Origin: Macrostomum lignano
Lineage: Eukaryota
Direction of reading: 5' to 3'
Assembly (NCBI GenBank): GCA_002269645.1
Contig: NIVC01001419.1
Location: 62,001 to 126,000, forward strand
DNA: 64,000 nucleotides
Below are positions 1 through 13,808 of this stretch, in pieces. The position numbers and the translations under genes were made by a program. Every line of letters begins with the position of its first letter. The first letter of the stretch is position 1. The notes under the pieces are model-generated. The model was not told the origin of the DNA and did not search any database. It was given only the letters and a program-made list of their open reading frames with translations.

Positions 1-3000
1 AACTGATTTAGTGTAGCATTGCACTGACCTTGTGCAAATCTACAAGCTCTGGTTTCTCACCAACTGATTTAGTGTAGCATTGCACTGACCTTGTGCAAAT
101 CTACAAGCTCTGGTTTCTCACCAACTGATTTAGTGTAGCATTGCACTGACCTTGTGCAAATCTACAAGCTCTGGTTTCTCACCAACTGATTTAGTGTAGC
201 ATTGCACTGACCTTGTGCAAATCTACAAGCTCTGGTTTCTCACCAACTGATTTAGTGTAGCATTGCACTGACCTTGTGCAAATCTACAAGCTCTGGTTTC
301 TCACCAACTGATTTAGTGTAGCATTGCACTGACCTTGTGCAAATCTACAAGCTCTGGTTTCTCACCAACTGATTTAGTGTAGCATTGCACTGACCTTGTG
401 CAAATCTACAAGCTCTGGTTTCTCACCAACTGATTTAGTGTAGCATTGCACTGACCTTGTGCAAATCTACAAGCTCTGGTTTCTCACCAACTGATTTAGT
501 GTAGCATTGCACTGACCTTGTGCAAATCTACAAGCTCTGGTTTCTCACCAACTGATTTAGTGTAGCATTGCACTGACCTTGTGCAAATCTACAAGCTCTG
601 GTTTCTCACCAACTGATTTAGTGTAGCATTGCACTGACCTTGTGCAAATCTACAAGCTCTGGTTTCTCACCAACTGATTTAGTGTAGCATTGCACTGACC
701 TTGTGCAAATCTACAAGCTCTGGTTTCTCACCAACTGATTTAGTGTAGCATTGCACTGACCTTGTGCAAATCTACAAGCTCTGGTTTCTCACCAACTGAT
801 TTAGTGTAGCATTGCACTGACCTTGTGCAAATCTACAAGCTCTGGTTTCTCACCAACTGATTTAGTGTAGCATTGCACTGACCTTGTGCAAATCTACAAG
901 CTCTGGTTTCTCACCAACTGATTTAGTGTAGCATTGCACTGACCTTGTGCAAATCTACAAGCTCTGGTTTCTCACCAACTGATTTAGTGTAGCATTGCAC
1001 TGACCTTGTGCAAATCTACAAGCTCTGGTTTCTCACCAACTGATTTAGTGTAGCATTGCACTGACCTTGTGCAAATCTACAAGCTCTGGTTTCTCACCAA
1101 CTGATTTAGTGTAGCATTGCACTGACCTTGTGCAAATCTACAAGCTCTGGTTTCTCACCAACTGATTTAGTGTAGCATTGCACTGACCTTGTGCAAATCT
1201 ACAAGCTCTGGTTTCTCACCAACTGATTTAGTGTAGCATTGCACTGACCTTGTGCAAATCTACAAGCTCTGGTTTCTCACCAACTGATTTAGTGTAGCAT
1301 TGCACTGACCTTGTGCAAATCTACAAGCTCTGGTTTCTCACCAACTGATTTAGTGTAGCATTGCACTGACCTTGTGCAAATCTACAAGCTCTGGTTTCTC
1401 ACCAACTGATTTAGTGTAGCATTGCACTGACCTTGTGCAAATCTACAAGCTCTGGTTTCTCACCAACTGATTTAGTGTAGCATTGCACTGACCTTGTGCA
1501 AATCTACAAGCTCTGGTTTCTCACCAACTGATTTAGTGTAGCATTGCACTGACCTTGTGCAAATCTACAAGCTCTGGTTTCTCACCAACTGATTTAGTGT
1601 AGCATTGCACTGACCTTGTGCAAATCTACAAGCTCTGGTTTCTCACCAACTGATTTAGTGTAGCATTGCACTGACCTTGTGCAAATCTACAAGCTCTGGT
1701 TTCTCACCAACTGATTTAGTGTAGCATTGCACTGACCTTGTGCAAATCTACAAGCTCTGGTTTCTCACCAACTGATTTAGTGTAGCATTGCACTGACCTT
1801 GTGCAAATCTACAAGCTCTGGTTTCTCACCAACTGATTTAGTGTAGCATTGCACTGACCTTGTGCAAATCTACAAGCTCTGGTTTCTCACCAACTGATTT
1901 AGTGTAGCATTGCACTGACCTTGTGCAAATCTACAAGCTCTGGTTTCTCACCAACTGATTTAGTGTAGCATTGCACTGACCTTGTGCAAATCTACAAGCT
2001 CTGGTTTCTCACCAACTGATTTAGTGTAGCATTGCACTGACCTTGTGCAAATCTACAAGCTCTGGTTTCTCACCAACTGATTTAGTGTAGCATTGCACTG
2101 ACCTTGTGCAAATCTACAAGCTCTGGTTTCTCACCAACTGATTTAGTGTAGCATTGCACTGACCTTGTGCAAATCTACAAGCTCTGGTTTCTCACCAACT
2201 GATTTAGTGTAGCATTGCACTGACCTTGTGCAAATCTACAAGCTCTGGTTTCTCACCAACTGATTTAGTGTAGCATTGCACTGACCTTGTGCAAATCTAC
2301 AAGCTCTGGTTTCTCACCAACTGATTTAGTGTAGCATTGCACTGACCTTGTGCAAATCTACAAGCTCTGGTTTCTCACCAACTGATTTAGTGTAGCATTG
2401 CACTGACCTTGTGCAAATCTACAAGCTCTGGTTTCTCACCAACTGATTTAGTGTAGCATTGCACTGACCTTGTGCAAATCTACAAGCTCTGGTTTCTCAC
2501 CAACTGATTTAGTGTAGCATTGCACTGACCTTGTGCAAATCTACAAGCTCTGGTTTCTCACCAACTGATTTAGTGTAGCATTGCACTGACCTTGTGCAAA
2601 TCTACAAGCTCTGGTTTCTCACCAACTGATTTAGTGTAGCATTGCACTGACCTTGTGCAAATCTACAAGCTCTGGTTTCTCACCAACTGATTTAGTGTAG
2701 CATTGCACTGACCTTGTGCAAATCTACAAGCTCTGGTTTCTCACCAACTGATTTAGTGTAGCATTGCACTGACCTTGTGCAAATCTACAAGCTCTGGTTT
2801 CTCACCAACTGATTTAGTGTAGCATTGCACTGACCTTGTGCAAATCTACAAGCTCTGGTTTCTCACCAACTGATTTAGTGTAGCATTGCACTGACCTTGT
2901 GCAAATCTACAAGCTCTGGTTTCTCACCAACTGATTTAGTGTAGCATTGCACTGACCTTGTGCAAATCTACAAGCTCTGGTTTCTCACCAACTGATTTAG

Positions 3001-6000
3001 TGTAGCATTGCACTGACCTTGTGCAAATCTACAAGCTCTGGTTTCTCACCAACTGATTTAGTGTAGCATTGCACTGACCTTGTGCAAATCTACAAGCTCT
3101 GGTTTCTCACCAACTGATTTAGTGTAGCATTGCACTGACCTTGTGCAAATCTACAAGCTCTGGTTTCTCACCAACTGATTTAGTGTAGCATTGCACTGAC
3201 CTTGTGCAAATCTACAAGCTCTGGTTTCTCACCAACTGATTTAGTGTAGCATTGCACTGACCTTGTGCAAATCTACAAGCTCTGGTTTCTCACCAACTGA
3301 TTTAGTGTAGCATTGCACTGACCTTGTGCAAATCTACAAGCTCTGGTTTCTCACCAACTGATTTAGTGTAGCATTGCACTGACCTTGTGCAAATCTACAA
3401 GCTCTGGTTTCTCACCAACTGATTTAGTGTAGCATTGCACTGACCTTGTGCAAATCTACAAGCTCTGGTTTCTCACCAACTGATTTAGTGTAGCATTGCA
3501 CTGACCTTGTGCAAATCTACAAGCTCTGGTTTCTCACCAACTGATTTAGTGTAGCATTGCACTGACCTTGTGCAAATCTACAAGCTCTGGTTTCTCACCA
3601 ACTGATTTAGTGTAGCATTGCACTGACCTTGTGCAAATCTACAAGCTCTGGTTTCTCACCAACTGATTTAGTGTAGCATTGCACTGACCTTGTGCAAATC
3701 TACAAGCTCTGGTTTCTCACCAACTGATTTAGTGTAGCATTGCACTGACCTTGTGCAAATCTACAAGCTCTGGTTTCTCACCAACTGATTTAGTGTAGCA
3801 TTGCACTGACCTTGTGCAAATCTACAAGCTCTGGTTTCTCACCAACTGATTTAGTGTAGCATTGCACTGACCTTGTGCAAATCTACAAGCTCTGGTTTCT
3901 CACCAACTGATTTAGTGTAGCATTGCACTGACCTTGTGCAAATCTACAAGCTCTGGTTTCTCACCAACTGATTTAGTGTAGCATTGCACTGACCTTGTGC
4001 AAATCTACAAGCTCTGGTTTCTCACCAACTGATTTAGTGTAGCATTGCACTGACCTTGTGCAAATCTACAAGCTCTGGTTTCTCACCAACTGATTTAGTG
4101 TAGCATTGCACTGACCTTGTGCAAATCTACAAGCTCTGGTTTCTCACCAACTGATTTAGTGTAGCATTGCACTGACCTTGTGCAAATCTACAAGCTCTGG
4201 TTTCTCACCAACTGATTTAGTGTAGCATTGCACTGACCTTGTGCAAATCTACAAGCTCTGGTTTCTCACCAACTGATTTAGTGTAGCATTGCACTGACCT
4301 TGTGCAAATCTACAAGCTCTGGTTTCTCACCAACTGATTTAGTGTAGCATTGCACTGACCTTGTGCAAATCTACAAGCTCTGGTTTCTCACCAACTGATT
4401 TAGTGTAGCATTGCACTGACCTTGTGCAAATCTACAAGCTCTGGTTTCTCACCAACTGATTTAGTGTAGCATTGCACTGACCTTGTGCAAATCTACAAGC
4501 TCTGGTTTCTCACCAACTGATTTAGTGTAGCATTGCACTGACCTTGTGCAAATCTACAAGCTCTGGTTTCTCACCAACTGATTTAGTGTAGCATTGCACT
4601 GACCTTGTGCAAATCTACAAGCTCTGGTTTCTCACCAACTGATTTAGTGTAGCATTGCACTGACCTTGTGCAAATCTACAAGCTCTGGTTTCTCACCAAC
4701 TGATTTAGTGTAGCATTGCACTGACCTTGTGCAAATCTACAAGCTCTGGTTTCTCACCAACTGATTTAGTGTAGCATTGCACTGACCTTGTGCAAATCTA
4801 CAAGCTCTGGTTTCTCACCAACTGATTTAGTGTAGCATTGCACTGACCTTGTGCAAATCTACAAGCTCTGGTTTCTCACCAACTGATTTAGTGTAGCATT
4901 GCACTGACCTTGTGCAAATCTACAAGCTCTGGTTTCTCACCAACTGATTTAGTGTAGCATTGCACTGACCTTGTGCAAATCTACAAGCTCTGGTTTCTCA
5001 CCAACTGATTTAGTGTAGCATTGCACTGACCTTGTGCAAATCTACAAGCTCTGGTTTCTCACCAACTGATTTAGTGTAGCATTGCACTGACCTTGTGCAA
5101 ATCTACAAGCTCTGGTTTCTCACCAACTGATTTAGTGTAGCATTGCACTGACCTTGTGCAAATCTACAAGCTCTGGTTTCTCACCAACTGATTTAGTGTA
5201 GCATTGCACTGACCTTGTGCAAATCTACAAGCTCTGGTTTCTCACCAACTGATTTAGTGTAGCATTGCACTGACCTTGTGCAAATCTACAAGCTCTGGTT
5301 TCTCACCAACTGATTTAGTGTAGCATTGCACTGACCTTGTGCAAATCTACAAGCTCTGGTTTCTCACCAACTGATTTAGTGTAGCATTGCACTGACCTTG
5401 TGCAAATCTACAAGCTCTGGTTTCTCACCAACTGATTTAGTGTAGCATTGCACTGACCTTGTGCAAATCTACAAGCTCTGGTTTCTCACCAACTGATTTA
5501 GTGTAGCATTGCACTGACCTTGTGCAAATCTACAAGCTCTGGTTTCTCACCAACTGATTTAGTGTAGCATTGCACTGACCTTGTGCAAATCTACAAGCTC
5601 TGGTTTCTCACCAACTGATTTAGTGTAGCATTGCACTGACCTTGTGCAAATCTACAAGCTCTGGTTTCTCACCAACTGATTTAGTGTAGCATTGCACTGA
5701 CCTTGTGCAAATCTACAAGCTCTGGTTTCTCACCAACTGATTTAGTGTAGCATTGCACTGACCTTGTGCAAATCTACAAGCTCTGGTTTCTCACCAACTG
5801 ATTTAGTGTAGCATTGCACTGACCTTGTGCAAATCTACAAGCTCTGGTTTCTCACCAACTGATTTAGTGTAGCATTGCACTGACCTTGTGCAAATCTACA
5901 AGCTCTGGTTTCTCACCAACTGATTTAGTGTAGCATTGCACTGACCTTGTGCAAATCTACAAGCTCTGGTTTCTCACCAACTGATTTAGTGTAGCATTGC

Positions 6001-6817
6001 ACTGACCTTGTGCAAATCTACAAGCTCTGGTTTCTCACCAACTGATTTAGTGTAGCATTGCACTGACCTTGTGCAAATCTACAAGCTCTGGTTTCTCACC
6101 AACTGATTTAGTGTAGCATTGCACTGACCTTGTGCAAATCTACAAGCTCTGGTTTCTCACCAACTGATTTAGTGTAGCATTGCACTGACCTTGTGCAAAT
6201 CTACAAGCTCTGGTTTCTCACCAACTGATTTAGTGTAGCATTGCACTGACCTTGTGCAAATCTACAAGCTCTGGTTTCTCACCAACTGATTTAGTGTAGC
6301 ATTGCACTGACCTTGTGCAAATCTACAAGCTCTGGTTTCTCACCAACTGATTTAGTGTAGCATTGCACTGACCTTGTGCAAATCTACAAGCTCTGGTTTC
6401 TCACCAACTGATTTAGTGTAGCATTGCACTGACCTTGTGCAAATCTACAAGCTCTGGTTTCTCACCAACTGATTTAGTGTAGCATTGCACTGACCTTGTG
6501 CAAATCTACAAGCTCTGGTTTCTCACCAACTGATTTAGTGTAGCATTGCACTGACCTTGTGCAAATCTACAAGCTCTGGTTTCTCACCAACTGATTTAGT
6601 GTAGCATTGCACTGACCTTGTGCAAATCTACAAGCTCTGGTTTCTCACCAACTGATTTAGTGTAGCATTGCACTGACCTTGTGCAAATCTACAAGCTCTG
6701 GTTTCTCACCAACTGATTTAGTGTAGCATTGCACTGACCTTGTGCAAATCTACAAGCTCTGGTTTCTCACCAACTGATTTAGTGTAGCATTGCACTGACC
6801 TTGTGCAAATCTACAAG
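1..6817. repeat. 61-bp tandem satellite, about 112 copies visible, truncated by the window start
   Basis: The unit AACTGATTTAGTGTAGCATTGCACTGACCTTGTGCAAATCTACAAGCTCTGGTTTCTCACC restarts at 1, 62, 123 and so on. The array ends mid-unit at ...CTACAAG (6817). No variant units were seen by eye. Confidence 0.98.
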
Positions 6818-6939
6818 AGACATATGAAGAGACAAGGAGAGTCAATCAGAGACCTTCTTGAGCTTTTAGTCAATCAAAAGAAAGAATTGATTCTTAGTTC
6901 CCGAATCTACCTTAAAGAAGACCTACTTTGCAGTTGTAA

Positions 6940-7204
6940 GGGGGTTGCAGCCCAGTGGTTAGAGCGTCAGACTCACGACTGAAAGGTTGGAGGTTCGATT
7001 CCAGGTCCCATCCTTGAGCAAGACACCTGACTCTGCAGATGTAAAATGGGTGCCAGCATTAACTGAAGTAACTGAGGGTGTGTGGCGACCCCGCAGTCCT
7101 TGGACTGAACAGCCGTACGCAGCCTTCAGATGCGCCGCGCAATAGCTGCGGCTGAGCTGTCGGTTGCACATCTGCTAATTAGGGCAGGTATAATCAAATC
7201 AAAA
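6940..7204 (+). mobile_element. tRNA-derived SINE, copy 1
   Basis: It has a Pol III A-box-like GCCCAGTGGTTAGAGCG and B-box GGTTCGATTCC, then CCTTGAGCAAGACAC...GTAAAATGGGTGCCAGC, and an AATC-type tail. The 3' body is nearly identical to the reverse complement of 44187-44471. Confidence 0.85.
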
Positions 7205-7444
7205 GAAGACCAGTCTGTAGCAGTAAAACTAACAGATTACAGTAAAGCAATTCATAATGCGTCACGTGAAGTGAACCTTTGCAACCCGATACTATTGGAT
7301 ACTTTAGTCAAAGGTATTCAGTCTGTTTTGTGAATTGGTGATCTATTTCAGTGCACCTGTATTTTTGGCATAAGTAAAAAGCTTCTAATCAATGATTTGA
7401 ATCCTATCGACCGATCACTGAAGTGAAAATTAACTTTTTTTCAG

Positions 7445-8069
7445 ATACATAACGCTTCCACCGACGGTGTCCCTGGCTGTGAAGAGGCACCTGAGCTTCA
7501 TTGTGGTGTCGAACTGTCACCCGTTTAATCGACGTCCTGAGATTCTGTCGGAGCTGTCCAAGCATATGGAGCTTCACATCTACGGCAGCTGCGGTGACAG
7601 AGTCCTGCCAGCCAGACAGAGCATAGCTGACCTTTCAAAGCAGTACTATTTCCACCTGAGCTTTGAGAACGCGTTTTGTCGTGATTACATCACGGAGAAG
7701 TTCTTCTCCAACGGGCTGAATGGCCACGCTGTACCAGTGACGTTTGCTGGCTACTCAAGAGAGGACATCGAGGCTGTGGCTCCGCCGCACTCCTTTCTGT
7801 ATGCCGGAGACTTTAAATCGCCCATGGCACTGGCCGAGAGATTAAAAAGTTTAGCCGCTAATCCGACAGAGTACAGCGCCTATCACCGATGGAGAAGCTC
7901 ATACGGATTTGTTAATCAAGACCAAAATCCGTCTTATAATTTGTTCTGCCAGATTTGCCGCAAACTGCGCGACAGCCACGCCGATTCCGCCATGCATCTG
8001 GATTTGAACAGATTCTATAACTCTGGTCGGCAGTGCAGACCACCAAATTATTACCCGTTTCATCGTTAG
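7445..8069 (+). CDS. alpha-1,3-fucosyltransferase (GT10), terminal coding exon; the N-terminal exons are not in the window
   Basis: The GT10 signature FHLSFENAFCRDYITEKFF is present, along with VVSNC, HIYGSCG and YxAYHRWR. The acceptor TTTTTTTCAG ends at 7444 and the stop is TAG at 8067-8069. Confidence 0.9.
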
Positions 8070-8077
8070 TAGCACTG

Positions 8078-8608
8078 GGTTCTCTTTGGGGCTCTCCCGT
8101 ATCTGACTTGGTTCTCTTCGGGGCTCTCCCTGTCTCTGACTTGGTTCTCTTTGGGGCTCTCCCTGTCTCTGACTTGGTTCTCTTCGGGGCTCTCCCTGTC
8201 TCTGACTTGGTTCTCTTTGGGGCTCTCCCTGTCTCTGACTTGGTTCTCTTTGGGGCTCTCCCCTTCTCTGACTTGGTTCTCTTTGGGGCTCTCCCCGTCT
8301 CTGACTTAGTTCTCTTTGGGGCTCTCCCCGTCTCTGACTTAGTTCTCTTTGGGGCTCTCCCCGTCTCTGACTTAGTTCTCTTTGGGGCTCTCCCCGTCTC
8401 TGACTTGGTTCTCTTTGGGGCTCTCCCCGTCTCTGACTTAGTTCTCTTTGGGGCTCTCCCCGTCTCTGACTTGGTTCTCTTTGGGGCTCTCCCCGTCTCT
8501 GACTTGGTTCTCTTTGGGGCTCTCCCCGTCTCTGACTTAGTTCTCTTTGGGGCTCTCCCCGTCTCTGACTTGGTTCTCTTTGGGGCTCTCCCCGTCTCTG
8601 ACTTGGTT
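8078..8608. repeat. 30-bp minisatellite (about 17 copies), with a short outlier of about 3 units at 8836-8920
   Basis: The unit is CTCTGACTTGGTTCTCTTTGGGGCTCTCCC with few variants. It explains the artefactual PVSDLVLFGAL ORF. Confidence 0.95.
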
Positions 8609-10285
8609 ATTGTTATGTCTTGAATTTAAAATAAGCTGCACAAGTCGTCAAGTGGTGCTGCAAAATAATTACGTACTTCTTACGCTCCAGACCTCTTAAG
8701 GTTTTTCTATATTTTAGCTTGCCACACAGCGGGCTTTAAAACTGGCACTGTCTCTTGACTTCATGCGAGCCCATAGATAAAAGCAAAACGGTCCAAACTG
8801 AAAACATAAATACAAGTACACAGCCAAGTCACATTAGTTCTCTTTGGGGCTCTCCCTGTCTCTGACTTGGTTCTCTTTGGGGCTCTCCCTGTCTCTGACT
8901 TGGTTCTCTTTGGGGCTCTGACAGACAGAACTGACTGACAGAACGATAAGCGCGTGCATTGCCTACCAAATTTTACGGTCTTGTTTTTACTAATAAAGCC
9001 CTTTTTGTTTATATATGCATAAAATTTCAAACATTGCGTACAACATACAAAATGTTGTATTGTGGCAAAGTCGCTAGGCTTGCGTTTCTGTAATGACGAG
9101 ATACAGAGATTTAGCTAATTTGTTCTAATAAATACGAGCGTGTACAACTGCCAAATTTATCTAAATCAAGCGAGACGAAGCTTTACAAAAATGAAGCTCG
9201 CGTTAAAGATTAGATGAGGCATACAGGATCGTGGCTTTTGTGCATGAGCCTGCTAAGCGTTGTTTCTGAACTATTTTCGCTCCGTTTCTCAGTGCCAGTG
9301 TGTCCAGTCTACAAGAATGTTGAGCGCAAGGCTGCTTATATAAATTAGGAATTCTGCAACTTAGCTATTAGAAAAAAAGGAAATCTATAAAGCATTCAGC
9401 ATTGCTTTCCTGCCTACTAAAAGTAGCGTAAAATGTATAATTAGCCTGTTTGTATTATGAATAGCTGGGGCCAGTGTCATGAAGGAAGTACAAGTTTCTC
9501 ACTATTGATACAGCAGAAAGAGGAGTGACAAAGGGGATGTCAAAATGGAGCCCGAGACATTCGGTCTGGACTTCTTTACGCCAGTCTCTTTTTTATTTGG
9601 AGTCAAATAGCTCCCGTTATGCCTAAATGATGGGATTGGCTTTTTTCTGGAGTCTCAAGTTCAAATGAAATCCCCATCTATCTCGTTTCTCCCCATAAAG
9701 ATCCCCAAATGTCTCAAAGGTTTTAGGCGAAGTCGGTTCGGTTGTCGGTTTCATAAAACAAAACGTTGATTGCAAGTAAATTGATTACAATTGACTACAA
9801 TTTGTTACAATTGATTGTATTGATTACGTATAACCGCACCTCTGAAGTCCGTTAGTTCATTCTGCTACATTTGCGACCAATCTGAGGCGCATTCTCGCAA
9901 ATTAGCCTGGATCTTATTTACTAAAACATCAGGAGCAGCTAATTAGAGTGCAGCGGTATAGGGGCGAGGCTGGTTGCTAGCCATGCCATGCAGTAGCTTT
10001 TCATTCGCTATTTTTCGCACGGATGCCTGCAACGCAGTCTCGCAGGAAATGGATTATTTTTGCATTGAAGACAGAAAAATGGGTCGGATAGGCGTTGAGT
10101 TCGGCAATTATGGGCTAGCCAGGCATTCTGAATAGTTGGGGAAAACTTCCCCGTGACGAAGCATTAGCGATGCCATTGGCTGGGCCAGGCTGCTTCGAGA
10201 GCATACAAAAGTCCCGTTTGGCTATGCCCTCATCCTTACTTTGACTCCATCTATCCGAACACAACGAATAGTTAGCATAGCATTG

Positions 10286-13247
10286 ATGCTACTAATAGTA
10301 GTTGCAGTCTTGGCTTTACTGCTGCCGGCAGCACGAACTGCCATGTTGGATGCGCTGACCGCTTCAGCTTGCAGGCCCGGCTCAGTGGCTCTGGCGGCAG
10401 CAGTCAGTGCGGGAAGCTGCGAATCTGGCAACCTGCCAGTAGCCGGCTGGGAGACTCGCTTCCTGCGCGCTTTCGCTGCGTTTCACGCCGCAGAGCTGGC
10501 GAACGCGGATCCCAGCTTGGCGTTCGCGAACGCGTCGGGGCCAGCGGGATATCCGGCTTTGGGCCTCGTCTACCGGGACACCTGCTGGCGCGAGGACGTT
10601 GCGGCAGAGTTTGTCCGACGCCTGGAGCCGCACTGGCTCTATCCGGATGTGTACACTGGCAACTCCAGCGGCCTCTGCCGTCTGAGAGGTCAGCCCGGCT
10701 CTCGGCCGCTGTACTTCGTCCTGGGCCTTGTCGGCGGCTGGTACAGCTCGGAGACGCGAACAATGTCCCGCGTAGTGCAGCTTTCCGGCCTGCCGCAGGT
10801 GGCCACGGAGGCGAGCAGCGATCAGTTCAGCGACAAGTCCGAGTTCCCCAACCTGTTCAGGCTGGTGCCGCCGGACTCTTATCAGTCGCGCGTGCTGGCC
10901 GACGTTATTCTGCACTTCGGCTGGACCTACGTTGGGCTGTTCTACGCAGACACCGCCAACGGCAGCGGTCTGGCTTTGAAGCTACGAGAGGCGCTGCAGC
11001 CAACCAGAGTCTGTCTGGCTTTTTCCGTCGGAATGAACAAGTTGGTCACGAAGGATGTTCTGCTAACAAAGCTCAGAGCTGCTCAGGCCATGCGAGTTCT
11101 GGTTGTGGTGGAGCAATTGTACAACCTGCCGAAAGATGTTCTGGAGTACATTGGCAGCAGAGGCATTCTGTTGATTCTGACAGACATCAACTTTACTGGC
11201 TTTAAGCACTACAGTAAATACGCGCTCACTGTATCCTTCAAGAGATTTCCTGCGCCAAGTATGATGGAAAAGTACCTGAACTTCACCTACTCTGACTTTC
11301 TTCGCTACCCCTATGGCTTAGAGACTGCCAGAGCGCTTTTCAACTGTTCTGTCTGCACAAAGTGTTGTCAGTTGAACTCAAGCATAAGAGCTGGTTCAGT
11401 CTCCAAGTTCAACGCATCGGCAGTGATAGTTCCCGCTGCCAGAACTATTGATGCTGTACACTCCATCGCTAGAGCGATTAGCCAGGTAGCTACAGGACCA
11501 AACTGCTCAGCATATTTTCGCAATCGATTCGACGAGCCATTAATAAGCTGCATGACAAGCGACAAGTTGCTGTCAGCGTTGCGTTCTCAAAACTTCACCG
11601 GGCTGGCTGGAACTGTTGGCTACGACTCACACGGAGACGGCCTGCCGAACTACGTGGTTGAGCAGCAGGTGTCGGATGCGGATTCTGACACTCGAGTGGT
11701 TGCATCCTGGCAGGCTGGCAGTGGGTTAACTGTGCACTCGGACAGGCTTACCTGGCCTGCTGTCCCCCAGTCCCGGTGCAGCGAGCCCTGCTCTGCCGGC
11801 CAGTACCGCATGGATCTGGACATCTGCTGCTGGCTCTGTCGGGACTGTCGAACCAACGAAATTGTATCGAGCAACGGCAGTCTTTGTCTGGCTTGTGAAG
11901 CTTTCCAATGGCCGTCGGCGGACAGACTGAGCTGCAGTCCACTGCCCGTCACCCAGCCTGGCGGAGCTGTCGCGATCTACGCTATCAGCGGAGTCGGTTT
12001 CGTCTCTGCCGTCACCTCCGCAGGCTTTGTTGTCTGGCATCGCGGAGATCAGCTGTTGAAGGCGTCTTCGATAGAGCTGAGCCTATGCAGTCTGGCGGGA
12101 ATCGCAGTGGGTTACGCCGACGCATTCGCCTTCATGTGGCCTCCGTCAACGCTGCTGTGCAACCTCAAAAACTGGCTGTTCCACCTTAGCCTGACGCTGG
12201 CTTACGCCAGCCTGTTTGTCAAGACCGCCAGAATCTACCGGGTGTTTGCGAACTCAATGAGCGGTAGATCGAAAACCAGGTTCACGAGTCGCGCGTCTGT
12301 GCTCGCTGGAACCTTAATTATTCTTATGGTTCAGGTGAGTAAATATCGTTCAGATTTTTACGGATATTCAAGAAACTATGGTTTATTAATAAATTCAGCT
12401 GCATTTTGTAGGAACTGCACTTACACTGCACTCTCTGCCCCAGGAGGTTCATGACTCTCTTGCCTAAACTTGCTTATTATTTACTAAGTCTCAACCATCA
12501 CTTCACCTCCACCCAAATATCTGCAGCAGTTCTTTGCAGCAGCTTTATTATCGTTGTAATTTTTTTGTTGTCCTTCGATTTTGAGGGCCACAGTGTGGTC
12601 AGAAAGTATATAAATATACTTGCCCCTCAGCGCCACAACAAACGCTCTAGGGAGGCAAACGTAGACTTCACACACATTTCTTATTAGTTACCCAGGTACG
12701 AACTTTTTCCGAATCCTCTAAGCGCCATTTGCATTCTCAGGCAGTCATTCTGACGGTGCTGACGTTGCTACAACCGATCGAGGTTATCCAGCTGCAGACG
12801 TCTGCTGTTCAGTCGTCAGACAGCTCAAAACCGGCTTCAGTTGAAGAGGACTGCAACTTCGTCCTTCAGATGACCGGCTGGGCTCCCCTAGCCTTCAATT
12901 TGATTCTGGTCCTAGCCACATCCGGGCTGTCGTTGCGAACCAGACACCTGCCGGAGAACTTTCACGACACCAAGTGCATCCTGGCGAGCTCAGCGTGCGC
13001 CGTGTTCCTCTGGACTGCCTTCGTGCCGGCCCTGCTGACTGCAGGACAGCTCGCCACGCAGTCCCTGCTCCTCTGCTTTGCTCTTCTATCAACAAACACC
13101 CTCGCCCTGGCGGTGCTGTTCGGGCCGAAGTTCTACGCGATTCTGGTCGGCTCAAGTAGGCATGGAAACTTCAATTTCTATGGAGGCGCCACTGTGCGCA
13201 ATTGTGCCACTGCTGATAATGCCACAGAGGATCCTGGAGATAAGTAG
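10286..13247 (+). CDS. class C GPCR (mGluR/CaSR-like orphan), join(10286..12334,12741..13247), about 850 aa
   Basis: The signal peptide is MLLIVVAVLALLLPAART. Venus-flytrap motifs are RDTCW, FSDKSEFPNLFRLVPPDSYQ, HFGWTYV and FTGLAGTVGYD. The nine-Cys domain (SRCSEPC...CCWLCRDC) is followed by 7 hydrophobic segments with VKTARIYRVF, LPENFHDTK and FGPKFY. A phase-0 intron runs from CAG/GTGAGT (12335) to TTCTCAG (12740). Confidence 0.93.
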
Positions 13248-13808
13248 TGATTTGGCAAAGACTGGAAGCTGGTAACGGCCAGTGGAGTTCCGGTTTTGAC
13301 CAGTGTAGAAATGTTTAAAGTTTCACCCCTCCCCGTCTCGCTCAGTCCCAATGCTATGAGACAGACTTATAGTAGTCACTTACTGCAGATGAAACCTACA
13401 AGGTAAAATGTTGGTGAGTTGATCTTTAAGTTTTACGTCCAGCTACTCTAGAAGACTCTGTTGTACCTCAAAAATCAATGCCTACACTGAAAAAAATATA
13501 ACTTGAGAAAAAAATATTGTCTTAGACTGCTCTGTGTAGATTTTTTCTGGCAAAAAACACAAATTCCTGTATTTAAGCAATGAGTTTCTCTATTAAAAAC
13601 CTGCTATAAAGAGTTCTGCACAATCGTTGTAAGATTGTCTCGGTTGACAGTGATATGATTTTTTGTTGATATCTAATCCAAGATCCCTAGAAAGTACAAG
13701 TACGCATGGGTACTTCATTTATAAGAAATTGCTTTAAAGGTAACTAACTGTAAAGTAGGTAAGTTGAAACAAACAATGCAATGAAAATACATTTTTTTAG
13801 GAAGCATT

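Noticed and set aside
1-6817. 61-bp array as a CRISPR array or hammerhead-ribozyme satellite
   Set aside because: There are no unique spacers and no cas genes. Neither strand has the CUGANGA core of a hammerhead.
6940-7015. Functional tRNA gene
   Set aside because: The A and B boxes are present, but there is no clean acceptor stem or poly-T terminator. The sequence runs into a body repeated twice elsewhere, so it is a SINE head.
10369-13155. Overlapping alternative-frame and antisense ORFs within the GPCR (and likewise in other GC-rich exons)
   Set aside because: These are expected shadows of GC-rich coding sequence with no independent motifs.
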